Source: a virus (Duplodnaviria; Heunggongvirae; Uroviricota; Caudoviricetes). From it: DNA of 4,824 nt. Location of the stretch: IMG/VR virus record IMGVR_UViG_2534682256_000009, one strand, 5' to 3'. The notes beneath the pieces were generated by a model. That model did not search any database. It was not told where the DNA came from and was given only the letters and a program-made list of their open reading frames with translations. This document shows positions 1-4,824 of this stretch, piece after piece. Positions within the stretch are counted from its first letter, which is position 1; each line of letters opens with the position of its first letter. Both the position numbers and the translations under genes were made by a program.

Positions 1-215
1 AACGTGACGGACGTAACCACCGCGACATGTGCGTGCTGTTCCGCTGGGCATGCCAGGACAACTTCTGGTCCGGTAACGTGCTAAGTCCGGCCAAACTCCG
101 CGACAAGTGGACCCAGCTCGAAATCAACCGTAACAAGCAACAGGCAGGCATGATAGCCAGCAAACCAAAACTCGACCTGACAAACACTGACTGGATTTAC
201 GGGGTGGATTTATGA
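1..215 (+). CDS. O: Lambda-type replication initiator protein O, C-terminal fragment (5' end lies upstream of the window; first complete in-frame codon starts at nt 3)
   Basis: Frame is open from the window edge (no stop between nt 3 and the TGA at 213-215). The C-terminal peptide ...KPKLDLTNTDWIYGVDL matches my recollection of the lambda O C-terminus. The stop overlaps the next ATG in an ATGA arrangement, as in lambda O/P. Sampled 60-bp window 1-60 is about 62% GC. Confidence 0.82.
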   Translation, partial: RDGRNHRDMCVLFRWACQDNFWSGNVLSPAKLRDKWTQLEINRNKQQAGMIASKPKLDLTNTDWIYGVDL

Positions 216-913
216 AAAACATCGCCGCACAGATGGTTAACTTTGACCGTGAGCAGATGCGTCGGATCGCCAACAACATGCCGGAACAGTACGACGAAAA
301 GCCGCAGGTACAGCAGGTAGCGCAGATCATCAACGGTGTGTTCAGCCAGTTACTGGCAACTTTCCCGGCGAGTCTGGCTAACCGTGACCAGAACGAACTG
401 AACGAAATCCGCCGCCAGTGGGTTCTGGCTTTCCGGGAAAACGGGATCACCACAATGGAACAGGTTAACGCAGGAATGCGCGTAGCCCGTCGGCAGAATC
501 GACCATTTCTGCCATCACCCGGGCAGTTTGTTGCATGGTGCCGGGAAGAAGCATCCGTTATCGCCGGACTGCCAAACGTCAGCGAGCTGGTTGATATGGT
601 TTACGAGTATTGCCGGAAGCGTGGCCTGTATCCGGATGCAGAGTCTTATCCGTGGAAATCGAACGCGCATTACTGGTTGGTTACCAACTTGTACCAGAAC
701 ATGCGGGCCAATGCGCTGACTGACGCGGAATTACGGCGCAAGGCTGCCGATGAACTGACCTGTATGACAGCGCGAATTAACCGTGGTGAGACGATACCTG
801 AACCAGTAAAACAACTTCCTGTTATGGGCGGTAGACCTCTAAATCGTGCACAGGCTCTGGCGAAGATCGCAGAAATTAAAGCTAAGTTCGGACTGAAAGG
901 AGCAAGTGTATGA
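212..913 (+). CDS. P: Lambda-type replication protein P (DnaB helicase loader), full length 233 aa
   Basis: 233-aa ORF beginning MKNIAAQMVNFDREQMRRIANNMPEQYDEKPQVQQVAQIINGVF, recognised as lambda P by sequence recollection, and the length matches lambda P. ATGA overlap with O upstream and with ren downstream; GGGGTGG-like SD upstream. Confidence 0.9.
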   Translation: MKNIAAQMVNFDREQMRRIANNMPEQYDEKPQVQQVAQIINGVFSQLLATFPASLANRDQNELNEIRRQWVLAFRENGITTMEQVNAGMRVARRQNRPFLPSPGQFVAWCREEASVIAGLPNVSELVDMVYEYCRKRGLYPDAESYPWKSNAHYWLVTNLYQNMRANALTDAELRRKAADELTCMTARINRGETIPEPVKQLPVMGGRPLNRAQALAKIAEIKAKFGLKGASV

Positions 914-1212
914 CGGGCAAAGAGGCAATTATTCATTACCTGGGGACGCATAAGAGCTTCTGTGCACAGGACGTTGCCGCGGTAACAGGTGCAACCGTAA
1001 CCAGCATAAATCAGGCTGCGGCTAAAATGGCGCGGGCAGGAATCCTGGTCGTTGATGGTAAGGTCTGGCGAACGGTGTATTACCGGTTCGCTACCAGAGA
1101 AGAACGGGAAGGAAAGGTGAGCACGAATCTGATTTTTAAGGAGTGTCGCCAGAGTGCCGCGATGAAACGGGTATTGAGGGTATATAAAAGAACATCAATG
1201 GGTACACAATGA
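910..1212 (+). CDS. ren: Ren-like protein (lambda ren homologue), 100 aa; extreme C-terminus may be altered by the downstream insertion
   Basis: ORF starts MTGKEAIIHYLGTH...VTSINQAAAKMARAG...VWRTVYYRFATREEREGK, recognised as lambda Ren. ATGA overlap with the P stop (910-913) and an AAGGAG SD upstream. Lambda ren is 96 aa by my recollection, whereas this ORF is 100 aa and ends where composition shifts. Confidence 0.8.
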   Translation: MTGKEAIIHYLGTHKSFCAQDVAAVTGATVTSINQAAAKMARAGILVVDGKVWRTVYYRFATREEREGKVSTNLIFKECRQSAAMKRVLRVYKRTSMGTQ

Positions 1213-1229
1213 TGAAACAGGTGAGTTGA

Positions 1230-1264
1230 GTTCAAACTGTAGTACAATTCTCTCCAGTTTGAAC
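1230..1264. repeat. Perfect 10-bp inverted repeat GTTCAAACTG-N15-CAGTTTGAAC at the left composition junction, 16 bp upstream of the emrE start
   Basis: Read directly: gttcaaactg (1230-1239) and its exact reverse complement cagtttgaac (1255-1264), separated by a 15-nt spacer tagtacaattctctc that contains a TACAAT hexamer (1243-1248). Confidence 0.7.
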
Positions 1265-1279
1265 AGGAAAGAATATGTT

Positions 1280-1612
1280 ATGAACCCTTATATTTATCTT
1301 GGTGGTGCAATACTTGCAGAGGTCATTGGTACAACCTTAATGAAGTTTTCAGAAGGTTTTACACGGTTATGGCCATCTGTTGGTACAATTATTTGTTATT
1401 GTGCATCATTCTGGTTATTAGCTCAGACGCTGGCTTATATTCCTACAGGGATTGCTTATGCTATCTGGTCAGGAGTCGGTATTGTCCTGATTAGCTTACT
1501 ATCATGGGGGTTTTTCGGCCAACGGCTGGACCTGCCAGCCGTTATAGGCATGATGTTGATTTGTGCCGGTGTGTTGGTTATTAATTTATTGTCACGAAGC
1601 ACACCACATTAA
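1280..1612 (+). CDS. emrE: EmrE, small multidrug resistance (SMR) family efflux transporter, 110 aa
   Basis: Translation from ATG 1280 is MNPYIYLGGAILAEVIGTTLMKFSEGFTRLWPSVGTIICYCASFWLLAQTLAYIPTGIAYAIWSGVGIVLISLLSWGFFGQRLDLPAVIGMMLICAGVLVINLLSRSTPH, recognised as E. coli EmrE with the membrane-embedded Glu in the first helix. AGGA SD about 10 nt upstream. The longer 128-aa ORF in the track starts at an upstream TTG (1226) and is not the likely start. Confidence 0.93.
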   Translation: MNPYIYLGGAILAEVIGTTLMKFSEGFTRLWPSVGTIICYCASFWLLAQTLAYIPTGIAYAIWSGVGIVLISLLSWGFFGQRLDLPAVIGMMLICAGVLVINLLSRSTPH

Positions 1613-1641
1613 AAATAATTTCTTTTAAAAGACTGCAATAT

Positions 1642-1675
1642 GGCGGTTCATATCTTTACATGGGCCGCTTTTGTT
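1642..1675 (+). terminator. Candidate intrinsic terminator downstream of emrE
   Basis: Imperfect hairpin 1642-1650 / 1661-1669 (core GCGG/CCGC plus A-U, C-G and wobble pairs, 10-nt loop) followed by TTTTGTT, about 30 nt after the emrE stop. Stability not computed. Confidence 0.4.
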
Positions 1676-1856
1676 AATGTTTTTAGTTTTTGTGTATTCT
1701 TTTGTGCCTTCAAGATTATTGCGTAAGCAAATTGCAATACGATTATTGTTGTATATTCAAGATAGTGTGATCGTAATTGTCTTTTTAAATAAAAATTAAA
1801 CAAAAATTATATCTCACCACTAAGGTTTATAAAAGCATAAGTTAGCAGGTGTCACC

Positions 1857-3383
1857 ATGAAAAAAGCCATAGCATATATGCGATTTTCATCACCAGGTCA
1901 GATGTCTGGCGACTCATTAAACCGACAGAGAAGACTTATTGCTGAATGGTTAAAGGTAAATAGTGATTATTATCTTGATACCATAACATATGAAGATTTA
2001 GGATTAAGTGCATTCAAAGGAAAGCATGCACAATCAGGAGCTTTTTCGGAATTTTTAGATGCTATAGAGCATGGTTATATATTGCCAGGAACTACATTGT
2101 TAGTTGAAAGTCTGGACAGACTTTCAAGAGAAAAAGTCGGTGAAGCGATTGAACGTCTGAAATTGATTTTGAATCACGGTATTGATGTTATAACTCTTTG
2201 CGACAATACAGTCTATAATATTGACTCTTTGAATGAGCCATATTCATTAATAAAAGCCATACTTATAGCACAAAGGGCAAATGAAGAAAGCGAGATAAAG
2301 TCAAGTCGGGTTAAATTATCATGGAAGAAAAAACGGCAGGATGCACTGGAATCAGGTACGATTATGACGGCGTCTTGTCCGAGATGGCTCTCCTTAGATG
2401 ACAAAAGAACGGCTTTTGTTCCAGACCCCGACAGGGTGAAAACTATTGAGCTAATTTTTAAACTCAGGATGGAAAGGCGCTCATTGAATGCAATAGCCAA
2501 GTATTTAAATGATCATGCTGTAAAGAATTTCTCAGGAAAAGAAAGTGCATGGGGGCCTTCTGTAATTGAAAAATTATTAGCGAATAAAGCTCTGATAGGT
2601 ATATGCGTACCTTCATATCGTGCAAGAGGGAAAGGGATAAGTGAAATCGCTGGCTATTATCCCAGAGTCATATCAGATGATTTGTTTTACGCTGTACAGG
2701 AAATTCGGTTGGCACCTTTTGGTATTAGCAATAGTAGCAAGAATCCTATGCTAATAAATCTACTTCGAACAGTTATGAAGTGTGAGGCTTGTGGTAATAC
2801 CATGATTGTTCATGCGGTATCTGGAAGTTTGCATGGCTATTATGTTTGTCCGATGAGAAGATTACATCGATGTGACAGGCCATCAATAAAGAGAGATTTG
2901 GTTGATTATAATATCATTAATGAATTGCTTTTTAATTGTAGCAAAATTCAACCAGTTGAAAACAAGAAAGATGCTAATGAAACTTTAGAGTTAAAAATTA
3001 TTGAGCTTCAGATGAAAATTAATAATTTAATCGTTGCATTGTCTGTCGCGCCTGAAGTTACCGCTATAGCAGAGAAAATAAGACTATTAGATAAGGAATT
3101 ACGAAGAGCTTTGGTATCATTGAAAACTTTGAAGAGTAAAGGTGTAAATTCATTCAGTGATTTTTATGCTATTGACTTAACCAGTAAAAATGGACGAGAG
3201 TTATGCCGTACACTTGCCTATAAAATATTCGAAAAAATCATAATTAATACGGATAATAAAACCTGTGATATCTATTTTATGAATGGCATTGTTTTTAAAC
3301 ACTATCCTTTAATGAAAGTAATATCCGCCCAGCAGGCGATAAGTGCTCTCAAATATATGGTTGATGGTGAGGTTTATTTTTGA
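1857..3383 (+). CDS. ybcK: Large serine recombinase (resolvase/invertase catalytic domain, recombinase domain, zinc ribbon, coiled coil), 508 aa; corresponds to DLP12 ybcK
   Basis: N-terminus AIAYMRFSSPGQ...SLNRQ aligns with the resolvase catalytic motif YxRVSTxxQ (putative nucleophile Ser11). ESLDRLSRE matches the conserved DRLxR motif. C-terminal half has a Cys cluster KCEACGN...YYVCPMRRLHRCD and a predicted coiled-coil stretch. AGGTG SD 5 nt before the ATG. Strongly AT-rich codon usage. Confidence 0.9.
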   Translation: MKKAIAYMRFSSPGQMSGDSLNRQRRLIAEWLKVNSDYYLDTITYEDLGLSAFKGKHAQSGAFSEFLDAIEHGYILPGTTLLVESLDRLSREKVGEAIERLKLILNHGIDVITLCDNTVYNIDSLNEPYSLIKAILIAQRANEESEIKSSRVKLSWKKKRQDALESGTIMTASCPRWLSLDDKRTAFVPDPDRVKTIELIFKLRMERRSLNAIAKYLNDHAVKNFSGKESAWGPSVIEKLLANKALIGICVPSYRARGKGISEIAGYYPRVISDDLFYAVQEIRLAPFGISNSSKNPMLINLLRTVMKCEACGNTMIVHAVSGSLHGYYVCPMRRLHRCDRPSIKRDLVDYNIINELLFNCSKIQPVENKKDANETLELKIIELQMKINNLIVALSVAPEVTAIAEKIRLLDKELRRALVSLKTLKSKGVNSFSDFYAIDLTSKNGRELCRTLAYKIFEKIIINTDNKTCDIYFMNGIVFKHYPLMKVISAQQAISALKYMVDGEVYF

Positions 3384-3736
3384 GTAATAATCACTTTTTC
3401 AACCGTGCTATGGTATGAAAGTAAAGTAACTACTATGATATTAACTATCGAGCAAGAATATCCCCAGGCACTCAACAGGGCGCAGGTCAACGTGAATCGG
3501 TCATGACACGACACCGATTTTGCGGAATCAATGTTGCTTATGAATACAACATCCCGCTTAGTACATGTTCAACACATCAGCAAATTTTGAACTGGGTGTG
3601 GCACTTAACTGAAAAAACATGGATGACACAAAATGTTACTCGTCGCTTCATTGAAGTAGCTTGTGGATATCACAAGCTAGACTATCGCCAATGATATTCA
3701 ATTTTTGATTTTTTAGTATCAACCTTCCATAATAAT

Positions 3737-3765
3737 GTCACCGGAGCTTGAACAACTCCGGTGAC
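3737..3765. repeat. Perfect 10-bp stem hairpin GTCACCGGAG-N9-CTCCGGTGAC; function unknown (RNA structure, protein-binding site or recombination site)
   Basis: Read directly: gtcaccggag (3737-3746), loop cttgaacaa, ctccggtgac (3756-3765). Followed by ttctgcgcattt, not a clean U-tract. Lies about 25 bp upstream of the ylcH-like start. Confidence 0.6.
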
Positions 3766-3789
3766 TTCTGCGCATTTAAGGGGACTTAA

Positions 3790-3888
3790 ATGCGACCACA
3801 ATCTGAACTCCTTACCTTGTCACAGATGCAGAAATGCACCTGCGATGTCTTGCATCCAGCGTTTGATCTCTGCGGAGGTGAAGCGTGA
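3790..3888 (+). CDS. ylcH: Small ORF (32 aa) translationally coupled to the downstream gene; ylcH-like
   Basis: ATG at 3790 preceded by an AAGGGGA SD. Encodes [32 protein letters not shown]. Its TGA (3886-3888) overlaps the GTG start of the next gene (GTGA). Position matches the small ylcH gene upstream of ybcN in DLP12 by recollection. Not in the supplied ORF track, presumably because of its size. Confidence 0.45.
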   Translation: MRPQSELLTLSQMQKCTCDVLHPAFDLCGGEA

Positions 3889-4340
3889 ACCTCCCACAAG
3901 ATGGCATCAAATTACATCGCGGTAACTTCACCGCTGTCGGTCAGCAGATCCAGACTTATCTGGAAGACGGCAAATGCTTTCGCATGGTGCTTAAACCGTG
4001 GCGCGAGAGACGCAGTCTTTCCCAGAATGCACTCAGCCACATGTGGTACAGCGAAATCAGTGAATACCTCATCAGCAGGGGGAAATCGTTCGCTACTTCA
4101 GCATGGGTAAAAGATGCTCTCAAACACACATACCTCGGTTATGAAACCAAGGACCTGGTTGATGTCGTAACCGGCGAAATCACTACTATCCAGTCGTTAC
4201 GCCATACCTCCGATCTTGGTACCGGAGAGATGTATGTCTTCCTGTGTAAGGTTGAAGCCTGGGCGATGAATATTGGCTGCCACCTGACTATTCCACAGAG
4301 CTGCGAGTTCCAGCTGCTGCGTGACAAGCAGGAGGCGTAA
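3885..4340 (+). CDS. ybcN: YbcN-like nin-region protein, 151 aa (DLP12 ybcN, reported as a DNA base-flipping protein)
   Basis: 151-aa ORF with GTG start and a strong GGAGGTG SD 6 nt upstream. Length and position (before ninE) match DLP12 ybcN. Stop TAA overlaps the ninE ATG (TAATG). Confidence 0.78.
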   Translation: MNLPQDGIKLHRGNFTAVGQQIQTYLEDGKCFRMVLKPWRERRSLSQNALSHMWYSEISEYLISRGKSFATSAWVKDALKHTYLGYETKDLVDVVTGEITTIQSLRHTSDLGTGEMYVFLCKVEAWAMNIGCHLTIPQSCEFQLLRDKQEA

Positions 4341-4510
4341 TGGCTACACCGCTTATTCGTGTCATGAACGGACACATCTACAAAGTACCAAATCGTCGTA
4401 AGCGTAAACCTGAGCTGAAGCCATCCGAAATACCAACACTGCTCGGATATACCGCCAGCCTGGTTGATAAAAAATGGTTGCGACTGGCAGCAAGGAGGAA
4501 TCATGGCTGA
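4340..4510 (+). CDS. ninE: NinE-like protein, 56 aa
   Basis: Translation [56 protein letters not shown], recognised as the DLP12/lambdoid NinE family. AGGAGG SD 5 nt upstream. Not in the ORF track, presumably because of its size. Confidence 0.8.
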   Translation: MATPLIRVMNGHIYKVPNRRKRKPELKPSEIPTLLGYTASLVDKKWLRLAARRNHG

Positions 4511-4824
4511 TTTGAGAAAAGCAGCGCGTAGTCGGGAATGCCAAGTAAGAATCCCTGGCGTATGTAATGGCAACCCTGAAACGTCTGTACTGGCACATAT
4601 CCGGCTGACTGGATTGTGCGGCACCGGTACCAAACCGCCAGACTTGATTGCCACCATTGCATGTTCTGCCTGCCACGACGAAATCGACCGCCGCACACAT
4701 TTTGTCGATGCTGCATATGCAAAAGAATGCGCGCTGGAAGGTATGAACCGCCCCGGGTTTCCTGGAGAGTGTTTTATCTGTGAACTCAGGCTGCCAGATC
4801 ATCGTTTCCGATGGAAGCATAATA
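4503..4824 (+). CDS. ybcO: YbcO-like Cys/His-rich protein (DUF1364-type putative zinc-binding nuclease), 5' partial: open to the window end with no stop in 107 codons
   Basis: ATG 4503 with AGGAGG SD 4 nt upstream, overlapping the ninE stop by 8 nt. Translation MADLRKAARSRECQVRIPGVCNGNPETSVLAHIRLTGLCGTGTKPPDLIATIACSACHDEIDRRTHFVDAAYAKECALEGM... matches the YbcO family by recollection. Frame stays open to nt 4824. Confidence 0.7.
   Translation, partial: MADLRKAARSRECQVRIPGVCNGNPETSVLAHIRLTGLCGTGTKPPDLIATIACSACHDEIDRRTHFVDAAYAKECALEGMNRPGFPGECFICELRLPDHRFRWKHN

Larger units (their letters stand above)
1213..3440 (+). mobile_element. Low-GC cargo island (emrE plus large serine recombinase) embedded in the lambdoid nin region; boundaries approximate
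   Basis: Abrupt composition change after the ren stop. Hand counts of 60-bp samples: about 62% GC at 1-60 versus about 37% at 1621-1680 and about 27% at 2941-3000. Contains a complete recombinase gene and a resistance cargo gene. The right edge is placed where GC rises again near 3440 and is uncertain. Confidence 0.5.

Noticed and set aside
124-453. 109-aa ORF on the minus strand
   Set aside because: Entirely antisense to the well-supported O/P coding sequence in a GC-rich region where long spurious antisense ORFs are expected; no SD and no recognisable protein features.
528-719. 63-aa ORF on the plus strand in an alternative frame
   Set aside because: Nested inside P in a different frame; P is identified with high confidence, so this is a frame artefact.
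670-951. 93-aa ORF on the minus strand
   Set aside because: Antisense to P and the ren start; composition-driven ORF with no supporting signals.
1207-1213. CAATGAT word shared between the ren stop region and 3689-3695 (the 63-aa ORF stop)
   Set aside because: A 7-mer containing a stop codon, recurring once in 4.8 kb, is well within chance; not treated as a junction repeat.
1226-1279. Upstream TTG start giving a 128-aa extended EmrE
   Set aside because: The extension MSSNCSTILSSLNRKEYV is not part of EmrE as I recall it, overlaps the inverted repeat, and the ATG at 1280 has an SD at appropriate spacing and gives the canonical 110-aa protein.
1732-1760. Attempt to pin an exact sigma70 promoter for the recombinase (for example TTGCAA followed by TATTCA)
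   Set aside because: Several weak -35/-10 combinations exist in this AT-rich intergenic region and none is close to consensus with good spacing. A promoter is likely somewhere in 1680-1850, but I cannot place it from sequence alone.
2213-2500. 95-aa ORF on the minus strand
   Set aside because: Antisense inside the serine recombinase gene; the recombinase frame shows conserved catalytic motifs, so this is spurious.
3503-3694. 63-aa ORF on the plus strand (MTRHRFCGINVAYEY...)
   Set aside because: No convincing SD, no recognisable family and unremarkable composition. Kept only as part of the unassigned-region finding; it may be a gene remnant or non-coding.
3901-4110. 69-aa ORF on the plus strand in an alternative frame
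   Set aside because: Nested in ybcN in a different frame; ybcN has a strong SD, the expected length and coupling to its neighbours.
4139-4820. Three overlapping minus-strand ORFs (185, 152 and 73 aa)
   Set aside because: All antisense to the ybcN/ninE/ybcO chain, which is supported by SD sites, start/stop coupling and recognisable translations. The translations are Cys/Arg/Trp-rich, typical of antisense reading of GC-rich coding DNA.
1-4824. Looked for CRISPR repeats, tRNA/rRNA genes and IS-element terminal inverted repeats
   Set aside because: No regularly spaced direct repeats, no tRNA-like cloverleaf candidates, and no transposase gene or IS-like ends were seen. The only recombinase is the serine recombinase at 1857-3383.

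Overview
This window reads as a lambdoid prophage replication/nin region of the E. coli DLP12 type, interrupted by a low-GC cargo island; I see no clearly undescribed system. All supported genes are on the + strand. The left third is the 3' end of replication gene O, a full-length P (233 aa) and ren, chained by ATGA start/stop overlaps. At about 1213 the composition drops sharply (hand counts of 60-bp samples: about 62% GC at 1-60, about 37% at 1621-1680, about 27% at 2941-3000). The low-GC block carries emrE (SMR multidrug efflux pump, true start ATG 1280, 110 aa) and a 508-aa large serine recombinase (ybcK-like). After roughly 400 bp of unassigned intermediate-GC sequence, a second tightly coupled module resumes: a 32-aa ylcH-like ORF, ybcN (151 aa, GTG start), ninE (56 aa) and a Cys/His-rich ybcO-like ORF that runs off the 3' end. 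The points most worth follow-up are the uncharacterised recombinase with its candidate recombination sites (a perfect 10-bp inverted repeat at the left junction, a perfect 10-bp hairpin at 3737-3765, shared short words between the two flanks), the unassigned 3384-3789 segment, and a possible divergent 3' end of the ybcO-like gene. No tRNA, rRNA, CRISPR array or IS element was seen. All identifications are from reading the translations and recollection of protein families; no database search was run.
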